In this document: piece after piece, positions 1 through 12,975 of the stretch
Layout: every line of letters begins with the position of its first letter
How positions within the stretch are numbered: the stretch's first letter is position 1
Origin: Tubiluchus corallicola
Lineage: Eukaryota > Animalia > Priapulida
Direction: 5' to 3'
Length of the DNA: 64,000 nt
Assembly: GCA_030141605.1 (NCBI GenBank)
Contig: JAQGDQ010000992.1
Coordinates: 8,315 to 72,314 of the forward strand
Notes under the pieces: model-generated
What the model was told of the DNA's origin: nothing
Database searches by the model: none
Seen by the model: the letters and a program-made list of their open reading frames with translations, nothing else
Program-made: the position numbers and the translations under genes

Positions 1-10
1 GATCGTAAAA

Positions 11-315
11 AGGTCAAAGGTTAAGTGTATCAGACAACGCATTTGGGTACACTTGACAATGCCTCGCAGCCCATGCTGTTGTTGTAGTAACAATTTTAAC
101 AGCTAGCTAGAACCTTACCTAGTTCATTTTTCTTGTTCCCAAGCAAGATCCTGCTAGTAAATCACTCTATGCACAGACTAATGCATAATTAAGTAAAGTC
201 CACCTAAAACAACTGAAGTTAACTAACTAATGCAACAGAGGGCTTTGCTTTATACACATGTAACGTGACGGTTGTTGTTACGATGCGTTGCTGTGGTACA
301 CTTAACCTTTCACCT
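11..315. mobile_element. MITE-like element with ~30-bp terminal inverted repeats
   Basis: Left end aggtcaaaggttaagtgtatcagacaacgcat; right end atgcgttgctgtggtacacttaacctttcacct is a near reverse complement. A related partial copy lies at ~50917-51020. Confidence 0.65.
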
Positions 316-386
316 ACAGCAACTCCACGTGCGCGGACGAAACTATAAAAAGGTTTATTATGCAAGAATGGCTTTAAATAACTTAC

Positions 387-572
387 ATGATTTCACGTAA
401 GATTCTGAAGAATTCTCATTCCAGTGTTTAAACAGCTCATTGAAGTCCAATGTTAACCAGAAACTAGCTAAGCTACTGTACATATTCACATCACAAAGTA
501 GGTGCCTGGTGGCTTTGGCCACGCTGGACAGTTCCAACTGGTGAACCAGTAAATCATAAAGTATGTCAGCTT
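387..572 (-). CDS. RFX-family transcription factor, exon (dimerisation region); gene continues past the left edge
   Basis: ttttctag|...|gtaagt, 186 nt, phases fit neighbouring exons; EADILYDLLVHQLELSSVAKATRHLLCDVNMYSSLASFWLTLDFNELFKHW resembles the RFX4 segment SLNHLCQASRTVI...QMLEDWRNVDLN. Confidence 0.75.
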
Positions 573-937
573 CTAGAAAAATATATAAAGGTAAGATGTA
601 TCTACTAAAACAGTAATTTTGCTCTGATTTTGTACTTTACATAATAAACAAACGTTATCTCACATTGTTTTCTTTCTAACAAAATCAGAGATTAATTTTT
701 GCATTAATTATAATTCATATAGTAGTTCCGCTCCATCCCGCCTAGCACAGCTCCGCCCACACAGCTCTTCTACTACTACAGACCTAAGCAGGCACTATTT
801 TGAAGAACTAAAAACATTATAAGCAGTTCATCTGTCCCATGTCTTCATGAAAATGCACATTCATATTGTCAAAAGTTTTCTCATTTTTTCGCTTTCATGG
901 AAAATAAATTTATCATAAAACTCCTGCGTGCAATTAC

Positions 938-1041
938 CTCGAATCTTTGCCTGTCTTAACTCCACTGAAACATGTCCAAGAACACCTTCAAGCCACCTTG
1001 GTAGCTCTCTTGTAAACGCCATTGCCATGTTCACGTCTTGC
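938..1041 (-). CDS. RFX-family transcription factor, exon
   Basis: atttag|...|gtaatt, 104 nt; RQDVNMAMAFTRELPRWLEGVLGHVSVELRQAKIR resembles RFX [24 protein letters not shown]. Confidence 0.8.
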
Positions 1042-1096
1042 CTAAATTAAATCAGGCATTGATAGTGTTATAGTAATGATCACTGTACTACAGATC

Positions 1097-1230
1097 GTTT
1101 GTTTGTTTGTTTGTCTGTTCACAGCATTACGTAAATCTACAAAACCGATTTCCACGGTACTTTGCTGAGGGATGGAGCACGAGACAAGAAAGAATCCATT
1201 GAATTTTGGTGTGAATTTGGATCCATCGGG
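1097..1230 (+). mobile_element. Helentron-associated (HINE/DINE-like) fragment
   Basis: (GTTT)n then gtctgttcacagcattacgtaaatctacaaaaccgatttccacgg...aagaaagaatccattgaattttggtgtgaatttggatcc, which resembles non-autonomous Helentron cores recalled from aquatic animals. Confidence 0.45.
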
Positions 1231-1289
1231 AGAAACTAATGAGTGTTATTAATTTCATTTAATTATGACTTTAATTAACTGATAGATTT

Positions 1290-1998
1290 TAAAATGTTTT
1301 ACAATGTTTTTTAAAGATCACATACCATTTAATACAATGTTTTTTAATGATCACATACCATTTATTACAATGTTTTTTAATGATCACATACCATTTATTA
1401 CAATGTTTTTTAAAGATCACATACCATTTAATACAATGTTTTTTAATGATCACATACCATTTATTACAATGTTTTTTAATGATCACATACCATTTATTAC
1501 AATGTTTTTTAATGATCACAAACCATTTATTACAATGTTTTTTTAACGATCACGTACCATTTATTACAATGTTTTTTAAAGATCACATACCATTTAATAC
1601 AATGTTTTTTAATGATCACATACCATTTATTACAATGTTTTTTAATGATCACATACCATTTATTACAATGTTTTTTAATGATCACAAACCATTTATTACA
1701 ATGTTTTTTTAACGATCACGTACCATTTATTACAATGGTTTTTAAAGATCACGTACCATTTATTACAATGTTTTTAATGATCACGTACCATTTATTACAA
1801 TGGTTTTTAAAGATCACGTACCATTTATTACAATGTTTTTAATGATCACATACCATTTATTACAATGTTTTTTTAACGATCACGTACCATTTATTACAAT
1901 GGTTTTTAAAGATCACGTACCATTTATTACAATGTTTTTAATGATCACATACCATTTATTACAATGTTTTTAATGATCACATACCATTTATTACAATT
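1290..1998. repeat. ~33-bp minisatellite, about 21 copies, intronic
   Basis: Unit aatgatcacataccatttattacaatgtttttt; explains the ORFs at 1289-1842. Confidence 0.95.
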
Positions 1999-2754
1999 AG
2001 GTCGAGAAGATTCTTGTTTTTTAAACAACGTGGAGTCGAGTTTTTTTTGTTTTAACGTATTGTACAGAGCGAAGCGAAAAATAGGACAATACAATTACAC
2101 ATGACGCTTATCTGCCAAAAAATATAAACATAATAATAGACAGAATGTTTTCTCATAAATTAATTCTTTATGTACTGATTTTTTAGATACGCCTAATGAA
2201 GATAAACTGATTTTTCTAATTAGGAGCAGTGATGTGGATATTTTAAATATAGGATGTAATTATGTAAAATATTGCTTTACGAATAGATTATGAATTTAAT
2301 TGCTAATATTGTTCCGAGGTTCGAGCTGACGATGTCACGTGTTCGTTTTTCCACAGGAAACCACTGCTCAACCAATCGCAGGTAGTGTTATGGGCTTCCT
2401 AGTTTGAAGTGGAGGTCATAACGTTACCTCTAGATTGGTTGGCCTGGTGCCTATGAATAACAAAGTTCAATGCACATTCACCTGTTCAGCTCAATATCTA
2501 AAGGAATGCTGCACCAGTAATCTAAATTCTGTGTTTATATTATTTTTAGTTTATATGGGTTTTACACACGAACACGTGATGTCGTCCTTCGTTTGTAAAT
2601 GTGTAAATATTTTGTTTTTTTTTATAAATGCTTTAATTGTACTTTTGTGAGCATGTGTGTGTTATATAAATGACTGTAACGATTTGTATTAATATTTGTA
2701 TACGTGTTCTGTAACCCAATAAACATATCAAATATACGAAATTTGGTTACATAC

Positions 2755-2915
2755 CTTGATCCGTGATGCAACAATTCTGGCATGACAAAGTTAAGGAATC
2801 GTTTATAAGCTATAGAATCACATAAGATCACTAAATCGATGGCTTTTGCGGTGTTGAACAGGCTTCTTGTCTGGCTAGGCAACGCAAACCAGAATGTGGC
2901 AATGTCGTGTTTAGC
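2755..2915 (-). CDS. RFX-family transcription factor, exon
   Basis: ttttag|...|gtatgt, 161 nt; AKHDIATFWFALPSQTRSLFNTAKAIDLVILCDSIAYKRFLNFVMP resembles RFX4/6 LLHFWQGMP...IVGVCDSILYKAI..VLMP. Confidence 0.85.
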
Positions 2916-2950
2916 CTAAAATGCATCAAAAACATGCAGTTTGATTTACA

Positions 2951-3430
<480 letters not shown>

Positions 3431-3516
3431 ATTATCTATGCGGCGTCATTGTAATATGCCGTCCATTTGTACAGAAAATTTGTACGACTGTAAAAAACAC
3501 GATGAGAGAAATGTAC

Positions 3517-3594
3517 CTGTTCGTATCTGCGAGCTTGCACGTTATGCAGCCATCTAATGCAACACCATTTGTACATTTTGTAAAATTCCTTTAC
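3517..3594 (-). CDS. RFX-family transcription factor, exon
   Basis: ttttccag|...cag|gtacat, 78 nt, phase 0/0; VKEFYKMYKWCCIRWLHNVQARRYEQ resembles RFX4 [26 protein letters not shown]. Confidence 0.8.
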
Positions 3595-3711
3595 CTGGAA
3601 AAAAACGTCAATAATTATTAGATAATTTTCAAGCTAAATGTAATTTTGAATTTCCAAAGAACGTATGGATAAACGTTCGTAAGAATAGCCGATTTACTAA
3701 CTGACTAACTG

Positions 3712-4045
3712 ACTGACTCACTGCATCACTGACTGACTTACTTTCTATTACTTACCTGACTAATAACCGTCAGGAAGCCAGCACTGGGAAACTCATCGTC
3801 TAATGCTTGCTCGACATGGCGTCGACTCACTGCATCACTGACTGACTTACTTCCTATTACTTACCTGACTAATAACCGTCAGGAAGCCAGCACTGGGAAA
3901 CTCATCGTCTAATGCTTGCTCGACATGGCGTCGACTCACTGCATCACTGACTGACTTACTTCCTATTACTTACCTCACTAATAACCGTCAGGAAGCCAGC
4001 ACTGGGAAACTCATCGTCTAATGCTTGCTCGACATGGCGTCGACT
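3712..4045. repeat. Three-copy 109-bp tandem repeat spanning an RFX exon/intron junction
   Basis: gtcgact recurs at 3821, 3930 and 4039; each unit contains the exon 3' end and a gtaagt donor. Confidence 0.9.
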
Positions 4046-4154
4046 GATCGTGAATAAAGACCGACGAGGCTGCCGAAATCCTGGAAATATCCCGGAATAT
4101 TTGCTTATCCGAAACGGCGATGTTTCCTTGAATTGTATGCCATTGTAATGATAT
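3974..4154 (-). CDS. RFX-family transcription factor, exon (end of DNA-binding domain)
   Basis: caacag|a tat cat tac aat ggc ata gives (K)YHYNGI, completing the RFX motif; ends gag|gtaagt; 181 nt. Confidence 0.9.
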
Positions 4155-4371
4155 CTGTTGAGGACAAAAGTGTATCTAAATGCCACTGATTTATGTGTAA
4201 TGACAGTTCAACTACAACGTGGGAGAAGCTTTGGTATAAGCAACGCTTTTCAGGAAGTCAGAGGTTTGTAGATGCCTCAAAGCAATAGCCACCAGGGGGA
4301 AGCAAATAAGAGACACATTATTGAATGTCACTATATTGTATGAATGTGATAATAATGAAAAACTTTATAAA

Positions 4372-4572
<201 letters not shown>

Positions 4573-5073
4573 TTAGGTAGACACACAGGGCAGCGACCGG
4601 ATTTCCTTGAACAGTCGTTTTTACATATTAGTACAAAAGACGTCACAAAAACGTTCGTTTTGTAGAGACGAATAAATCTAATTATGCATTTATGGAACTA
4701 CGTAATCCTTAAGTGTCTGAACATGAAAATGTCAACTGAATATTCATATTCAATTGAACATGGCGTTGTGTAATAATTTAGAAAAATGATTGCAATGGCG
4801 CATTGAACTGTAGATTACAAACATCGTCGAACTATTTTCGAGTATTTTTGCACAAACGTGTGCTAACCGCCAAAACGATTACTGCACATTTGTATAATAC
4901 TTAATGAATCAAAACAACAAAAAAAGATTTGCGTCCATTAAACATATCCTTATTGTTGTTTTTCTCGTATTAGCCAAGCTGTGCATTATTGCACAAACAT
5001 TCCACGTTGTACACAAACTTTCTTAATTTTAACAAATGTGTGTTGCTACTACATCTGAATTCTGTGTACTATC

Positions 5074-5551
5074 CAGGCTGCATAAGATTATGGATATCCA
5101 TAAAATAAGACCAAAAATCCATAAAATAAAATTTGAAAAATCCATAAAATAAGAGATGCATAAAATAAAAAAATATTTTTTTGTGATTTTTTGTACAAAG
5201 TAACGAGTTGTAAGCAATGGCAACACTGAAAACGAATGTTAGAAGGAGAGAAAGAGAAAGAAAACAAACCAACAAAAGCGCATTTCCGGATTTGCTATTT
5301 TACATTGTTTTTTTCTCATTGTCTTTTTGTTATCAAGATGGCGAAGTTTCAACCAAAGCATGAGCTGGATTTCGGTCTGAAACTAAGTCCTGCGTGTTTA
5401 AAAACACATTTCAAGCACTCCTGTTTTTACTTTTTAATTGATTTCCCCCTGGGCATCTTGTTCCAGATATAGTCTATTTCTTATTTTATTAATATCCATA
5501 AAATAAGCTATTTTATTTATTTTATACATATCCATAATCTTATGCACCCTG
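5074..5551. mobile_element. hAT-like MITE with ~24-bp TIRs
   Basis: caggctgcataagattatggatat ... atatccataatcttatgcaccctg; internal tccataaaataa repeats; no clean 8-bp TSD. Confidence 0.6.
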
Positions 5552-5653
5552 ACTATAACTCAATCTGTGCATAGAAACAAATAACAGTCATAATTCTTCA
5601 AACGTGGTCGAGTAATCAAAACACTTGGTACAAAAAAAAAACATATTTTTTAC

Positions 5654-5845
5654 TTGGAATTTCCTCTGGCTCCCAGTCTTCTAGACTGCACATCGGGGAA
5701 GTAGTAACGTATATACTTTCCAAACATGGCTGCATTCAGTGGTTCAATGCCTTCGTGTCTGGCTGAAATTAAGTATTGCTGATAGAGGATGTTGCGTTGT
5801 ATGGAATCTTCCTTTCTTGGAGATTCCCGGAGGTTTTCCCTGATC
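5654..5845 (-). CDS. RFX: RFX-family transcription factor, winged-helix DNA-binding domain exon
   Basis: tttacag|...aa|gtaaaa, 192 nt; (W)IRENL...LYQQY...PLNAAMFGKYIRYYFPDVQSRRLGARGNS(K) is the RFX DBD signature. Confidence 0.93.
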
Positions 5846-7244
5846 CTGTAAACGGCAGTAAACAAAGCGTCAAGCTGTGTCGGAGTTTCACGTACGACGC
5901 AGGTATCTATCTACTCATTACAGAGCGACTTATAGTGCATAATAGCTTCTGCCTGTATAAACTGGTCCTTTGTAAATTACAGCAGTAGTCTGCCGAAACA
6001 TTTGGCACGATTTTAACTATGTAAAGTAAAAGTTTTAATAAAATTCTGTTGTTTTAACTATAAATGTTTTAAGTACCTATAATAAAAAAACTTGACAATT
6101 TATTTTACCGCAATAAGGAAGTTGAATGTCGTACAGGAAAATCAATGGAAGATAAAGGAAAATAAAAGACGAAACAAGATTCTTATTTACTTTTCCTCAG
6201 GCATGTAGAAGTTCTACATTAACTACACATAATGGGATTTTTCCCTGGAACACGAGTACGTGATGCACTACTGTAGTCATCCGCCGAATTATTTCCTGCG
6301 CGCATTGTTTTGCTTTGAGTTCAGTAAATAGGCCAAAAGCATTTTTAAATTGAAATTTTTACAACTCCTGAAACAAGAAGTACTTGCTTAATGTCTCCAG
6401 TAACAGCGAAAAATGATTTTTGTGCTTCAGATCTACCAGTTTAAACATCCCACGTTTATTATACCACCCGGTATTTCAAACCCAGTTTTAAGTTACCGGA
6501 AGTCATTGTAGATGCAAACTGCGTCCTGGGGTGTCCTAAAATTAGATTAAAATTCTACCACCAGTTTCAAATTGAATAATCTGCGCAGGCATTTTCTTGA
6601 TGACTGTATTTTGCTTGATCAAGTATGGCTTCCATAGACGTGCACCACATTTTTAACAGTTGCTCTGATTCATTTTCCTCACACTTATTGAGAAATTCAA
6701 TCTGTTTATAAAAAATATACTTGGAAAATATTCACAACTTCATAGTTTTGACGAAAATTGATCTTTTATATACCTGTGATTTTAAAACTCCGTATTCTAA
6801 TTTAAAAAAATTACTAAAATGATGTAAATGGTTAAACTTTAATTCAGGGGGCAATTACTCATTCTAGAGTTTTGTCTAGATTCTAGACAAGTTGTTTGAG
6901 ACGTGTGAATGATAACAGACTTAATCTCTCTAAAATTAGATTAGAATTGTACCACCAGTTTCAAATTGCTCTTTCCTAAATGAATATATTGAAAGAGGAG
7001 GTAATTTAAAACTGTTACACTTTGTTTCAAAGCTGTTCACTTTGGTCGTCAGCTTAACGGTTATACTGCCCGTAGGCGCCATTTTATATAGCGTATCTAG
7101 GCGCCATTTTTGACTTTTTGAAGTTTTTTGCTGGTCTCAGGAGAATGAAATTTGTAATGGCTTTCATTACATTTGCTCTCACTTAACGTGTTAGAGCAGA
7201 AACTCACATTATTTTCCGTAATGTAACGAAATAAAATCTTTTAC

Positions 7245-7449
7245 CACTTTAAGATGTTTTCAGCTTCTTCAGATACGGAATCTAATGACTGTCTGTTTGC
7301 CTGTTCTTCTACAGATCCTCCATGTTTACTTTTCTGTGTTTCGGTGACGTGTTCAGCTATATCAGTCTCATCTGCCCCACTGTAGTGACCACCTCTGCTG
7401 TTGTACGGTATTTTAGAAAAGGTCTGCCACCTCAAAAATTCCTCCCAAA
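7245..7449 (-). CDS. RFX-family transcription factor, exon upstream of the DBD
   Basis: tttcag|...aag tg|gtaaaa; ends NILKW with the Trp codon split in phase with the DBD exon. Confidence 0.75.
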
Positions 7450-7607
7450 CTGAAACGTTTACAAAAAAGATTTTCAAGCCAAAAAAATTGACACGTATGA
7501 CGACGTTTCACGAATTGATTGGTCATTGTGATGCTCTTTCTCAGCAGTGCACCGTGGCAGCTGCGTCCTTGTGAGTGGAAGTTGCTGAACTGCAATTAAC
7601 GGCTTAC

Positions 7608-7671
7608 CTGTTAACGAACTAATATTTTCCACAGTAAGACGTTTGTTAGTGATTTCGCTGTCTTCTGGAAT
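7608..7671 (-). CDS. RFX-family transcription factor, probable N-terminal exon
   Basis: cctttcag|IPEDSEITNKRLTVENISSLT g|gtaagc; phase fits the 7449 acceptor. Further candidate exons near 8523-8628 and 8830-8959 could not be resolved. Confidence 0.55.
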
Positions 7672-7759
7672 CTGAAAGGTTAAAGACTAGTTAGAGTGTT
7701 TGCTCAATGATAAAACAGCAACTAAAACGTTCAATTATAGTAATGTGGACGTCATAGTC

Positions 7760-7834
7760 AACATCATCATCATATCATCATGTCATCACCACACCACCAC
7801 CACCATCATCACCACCACCACCACCACCATCACC

Positions 7835-7865
<31 letters not shown>

Positions 7866-7972
7866 CATCATCATCATCATCATCACATGTCATCACCACT
7901 ACCACCACCACCACCACCATCATCATCATCATATCATCACCACCACCACCATCACCATCACCATCACCACCA

Positions 7973-8003
<31 letters not shown>

Positions 8004-8009
8004 TGCACC

Positions 8010-8101
<92 letters not shown>

Positions 8102-8126
8102 ATCATCATGTCATCACCACACCACC

Positions 8127-8188
<62 letters not shown>

Positions 8189-8267
8189 GCACCACCACCA
8201 CCACCATCATCATCATCATATCATCATGTCATCACCACACCACCACCACCACCACCATCACCACCAC

Positions 8268-8315
<48 letters not shown>
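7760..8315. repeat. (CAT/CAC)n compound microsatellite with higher-order repeat
   Basis: Recurring anchor catatcatcatgtcatcaccacaccacc; explains the His/Ser/Thr-rich ORFs. Confidence 0.95.
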
Positions 8316-9823
8316 AAGAAATCTGCCAGGTAAACACACTGCAGTTAATCTAGTAAACCTTAGACGCTGCTATGCCACTTGCTTGTCAGCACCACTTCCG
8401 GTGATTTCGTACCAGGTTAACTTCACACTATTATTCTGGAATTCTTCCACTGAAAATTGGTCCATATGACGAACAGGATTATTACATCGAAAAAAGACAT
8501 TCAAGAAAAAAGACCCACTTACGAGCGTCGAGATACGAGCTTGATTGGGAGTATATGACTGCCGTAAAAGACTTGAGCAGCACGTGTTATCCAAAGCTTT
8601 CGTGCTCAAGATTACAGTTTTTGCTAATCTGCACTGTAACAGTGTCATATTTTTCACTAACATTTAATGGTAATCTTGAAGTTACAATGCACCCACAAGA
8701 ACTTCAGTCACACACTAAATTTGTAAAAGAGTATACGTGACTCACTAATCGATAACATGTACAAGCAACAACATCACAAGAAAGTTAACAATGAAAATCG
8801 CTAACAACCGGAACAATATGGCGGTTTACCTTGTTGCCTGAGCGACAGTAGCAGTTAACGATGGGACAAGTCATCTCAGAAACTGCATCCAACCATGATG
8901 GACATTCGCCCTGCCATTTCAATGACAGGTCAAGAGGATTGACCAAGGTCAACATTTTGCTGAAATACAAAAATTTTACGTACATGTAAATATCTTCTGT
9001 ACCTTCTGTACTATACTGTACTGTATACTATATCTTCCCTTAGAATAGCCCCTGATAAGAAATGTCTATGTTAGACTGATGTTTTAAATCGAACAAAAAG
9101 CAGAAAAACAGGCAAACAGACAAACTCTAGAGTCAATATCTGCCTTGAGCTGATGCTATCAAACACATGTGACACAAACTCAGTAGGAAATGAGGATTCT
9201 GTTTTTTTTATACTTTAATAATAGCATGTTTATAGCTGAGTTTTGAAGACTATTTCAGTTGATGTGTGCTTTCAAGCAACTGGAAGCCTTTATTTATCTT
9301 TCAACTAAATTTAAATTTTAAAAGTTTCACGAAAAATCGTGCCAGCTAGACAGTTCGCCATTCCAAGAAAGCAAACAATTTAAGTTTGCTACAAATGTAA
9401 CCACTGAGTAGTAAGGTTATTTTTTCTCTGTGATTTTTGTGTGACTTTTTTACCTATGACTTTTTTTACTTGTGACTTTATTACCTGGATTCTATGTAAA
9501 ATGTACAACAAAGGTCCAACGCGACACTTGTTTAGAAGCTTTATAAATCAATGCTCAACGATTTTTGTGTTTTTCGAGAAAAGTTTTTTTAAATTTTGAA
9601 TAAAAATTACCTTATTTTGCTTATTTCTCTTCCTAAATTACTCGAATCTTCTTATCGTCATTAAATTTTCTGCACATTCGAGTTACAATAGAACGAATTG
9701 CTAAAACGATCTACTGTGACATCACATCAATGAAACAGTTGTCAGTAAAACCACAGAGATGAACGCTAATGCTGGAAAATTTACTCTGTCTGTCGCGTTC
9801 GAACACGCGCTTAGTTTTTTAAA

Positions 9824-9970
9824 GGAAAACCGGATGATTGCGTAAACACGAGTTCAGAATAAAGAATGCTCTAAAATATTGAAAACTATAATAGCTTATT
9901 TTAAATCAAAGCTTAGATTAAATAATAATTACCTCGGATACTCAAATTTCGTTAAACTTTCAAAGCTACC
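9824..9970. mobile_element. Dispersed repeat; inverted copy at ~49350-49495
   Basis: ggaaaaccggatgattgcgtaaacac...tcaaatttcgttaaactttcaaagctac is the diverged reverse complement of 49351-49494. Confidence 0.7.
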
Positions 9971-10019
9971 TGTGGCTCAGTCAGTGAATCTATACTCTTA
10001 TATTAATATTCTTGGTATG

Positions 10020-10800
10020 TTATATATATATATATAAGATTCGAGGCTACAGCCCGGACGAAGGCACCATTTGCGGCGATCTATATATCAAACGAAAGGT
10101 CTCGATCTAGTGTCGTGCCATTGATGGTTTATTTTTCGAATTGGGCCCACCGCGAGGAAGGGGGGGCGAAAAACCTCCAAAAATGGCCATTTTTCGGCCG
10201 TTTTCTGCAAAAGTTATACAACTGAGATGTAGAGAACGGGAACGGGCCGAGGGGGGTGATGGGTATAGATAGATAGCCCGTTTAGCGGTGGGTGTAGTAG
10301 GCATATTTAGAATTCCTTAGAGGGCCACGGTGTCCCCTAACGGGCGTCTTCCCGGACCCAACTCGCGATTTTTTCAAAATTTCGGCCAAACAGCCTGCGG
10401 GAAAAACGCTCTAGCGGCGCCCGGTGGGACTCTGGGAAGGAGATGCATAGCTCATCAGAAAGAGGAAGGACAGGGCTACAAGATGATGTGGGTTATATGC
10501 TAGGGCAGGTCCACCGAGAGAATTACCAACGAGTTAATTAGAGGTTCCATTTTCGGGAATTTTCGCTTAGAAAACTGCTGACGCAAAGGCATTGTTGTGA
10601 CGTCATCCATTGTATTCTGTCTATAATCTTATAACTTTAATTCAGCAAAAGCTGCTGCTACGGGTTTGCGTTAGTTAAACAAACAGTAGGCATGATGTTA
10701 CGGGCTTTGTGTAATAAATGAGGACTAGGTAGGATGTTCGCGTGTTATTGATTACACGTGTATTTATACGCAAAATCTTTTGCGGGGCCTTTGCTATTTA
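10020..10800 (+). mobile_element. Non-autonomous Helitron-like element, copy 1
   Basis: Starts tatatatatatataagattc; ~600 bp are closely similar to 21455-22019; subterminal hairpin cgcaaaa-tc-ttttgcg followed by gcctttgcta. Confidence 0.6.
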
Positions 10801-10939
10801 TTATATTATAGCACATAGTTTCAACTTTGTGAAAAATGTTTGGAATGGTTTTGTTGTAATGCTGTGCTGTTGGTGCTTGTGCTATAGGTGTCGTCATCGT
10901 TGCCACCATATCATCATCATCAACATCATGATCACCACG

Positions 10940-11355
10940 TGAGGTGGTGGATTTGATGTGGTGTGGTGGTGGTGTGCTTTGTGTGTTGTGCTATGGATGG
11001 TGTGGTGGGGTGATAGGGTGTGTGGGGTGTGGTGTGGGTAGTGTGGTATGGAGTGGGTGGTGTGGTGTGTGGGTGGGTGTTGTGCTGCAGTGTGGTGTTA
11101 TGGTGTGGTGCAGTGCGGTGTGATGTGGTGGAGTATTATGGTGTGGGTGGTGCGGTGTGGTGTGGTGCAGTGGTATGGTGTGGTGCAGTGTGGTGGAGTC
11201 GTATGGTGTGGGTGGTGTGGTGTGTAGGTGGTATGGTGTGGTGCGGTGCGGTGTGGTGGTATGGTGTGGTGCAGTGTGGTGTGATGTGGTGGAGTGGTAT
11301 GGTGTGGTGGTGTGGTGTGATGAGGTGGAGTGGTGTGGTGTGGGTTGTGTGTTGA
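10940..11355. repeat. Degenerate (GTG/GTGTG)n low-complexity tract
   Basis: Directly visible. Confidence 0.9.
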
Positions 11356-11834
11356 TTTGTGTTTTTGTGGGGTTTGGCTAGTGCATTCATTAATTTATTA
11401 AGATTTTGCTATCCTCCGTCACTTTAACGTCTAGTAACTCGTAAGGCTTGCTACCTAGGGTAACCAAACTCGCAGGGTTTGTGACATTTTACGTGCTGAA
11501 GGCTAGTAAGACAAAACTCACAGTATACACTCTCTGTGCAATGTTATCTACGTATACTTTCGGCCCGGGTCAAAGGTCATGGAGTCAGTCAAAGGTCAAA
11601 TCCATGGCCAAAGATCGGGTCTTCATTTATTTTTCTTTAGGATCCATCTGCTACCATAGTTTTTGAGCTAGGGCCATAATATTTGGTACGTGGTTAGGCT
11701 GGGCCAAGTTTTTGGATATGGCAGAATATGGGTGATTTGGAGGGGAGAGTCAAAAACCACAAAATGGAGGTTGGAAACAGAAATGCATCAAATAGAATAG
11801 TAACGTGTGGCATATCAAATCAAAGCTCATCGAT

Positions 11835-12270
11835 GTTGTACTCATCGCTCTTTTTATTTTTCTCATCGTCGTCGCTGTCGCCACCATCACAGTCATTGTA
11901 GTTGTCGTTGCCGATGACTTTGATGTGCTGGTTGTGGTGTTGTCATCGTCGGTGTTGCTGTTGCTGTTGTTGCTGTTATAGTTGTTGTTTGTAATGTAAA
12001 ATAGTGTTCATGTTGCAAGCAAGCCAGATCTGTATCAAAACATAAAAGTTGATAGTGGAACGGTAGAGACAACTACAGTGTTAAGCAGGTACGTAGTTTT
12101 AAGCCTTGCAGTATTCTAGAAATGACAATGTTAATTAACACGTTTGATGATGTGCAATCATGAAAAATGTAGTCATTACCACATTAATTGTGGCAGTGGT
12201 AATGACAGAGATGACGATGATGACGATGACGACGACGATAATGATGATAATAAAAAAGGTGTGGATGTTG
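11835..12270 (+). repeat. Local duplication of ~13624-14125
   Basis: ttgtactcatcgctcttttt...agcaagccagatctgtatcaaaacataaaagttgat...acacgtttgatgatgtgcaatcatgaaaaatgt occurs in both places. Confidence 0.85.
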
Positions 12271-12648
12271 TGGCGGCATGGTTGTGGTGTGGGTGGGGTA
12301 GTGTAGAGAGGTGTGATGTGGGTGTTGTGGTGTTGTGGGATGGTGTGTGGTATGTTGTTTGTGGAATAGTGAGTTGGGGTGGTGTGAGGTGAGTGCTGTA
12401 GCGGGTGGTTGTGTGGGTTGTTGTTGTGAGTTTACGTGCAAAAATTTTTTTGTTAGTTTTTCTAGTAACATTATAGTTTTAATTCATTAAATCCTGCTGC
12501 TGGCTTTTCATTATAAATGAGGATTATGTAGGATGTTAGCGTATTATTGATTATAAGTGTGTTTATATGCAAACTTTTTGGTTTGCCCTTTGCTATTATT
12601 AAATTATTAGTTCAAGATTAAATCTTTGACGATGCAAAATTAAATAAT

Positions 12649-12975
12649 TGTCTTGGCTAGAAGCCCAGTCAGGTGTGGCATATCAAGTGATGATCAGCTG
12701 ATGTTCGACTGACTTAGCCAGGAGTATAGACTGATGCGGTAACCTCTATGCGCAGAAGCTCAGTGCGCATTAGGTAGTTTGACAAAAGCAATTCGAGGCT
12801 CTCACCTAGGCAGATTAGGAGTTGTCTTGAAGACGAAGGGCTGGTATCACCATCTTCTTATGTTTGTACTTGGTGTTAAATAAACGTGCAGTTTGCTAAA
12901 CAAGATCTTGATAGTTTGCCATGCCTGTTGTGGCTGTTCCGCACGCAATCTTCACGAGCCACATCCACCAACACA
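12649..12975 (+). mobile_element. Possible solo LTR; related inverted copy at ~18030-18345
   Basis: TG...CA ends, AATAAA near 12879; shares gaagc.cagt.aggtgtgg, atgcgcagaag and gcgcat..ggtagttt with the reverse complement of 18235-18345; TSD imperfect. Confidence 0.45.

Noticed and set aside
8370-8985. Candidate 5' exons of the RFX gene
   Set aside because: Plausible splice sites exist, but phases could not be reconciled into one model and there is no homology support; left unresolved.
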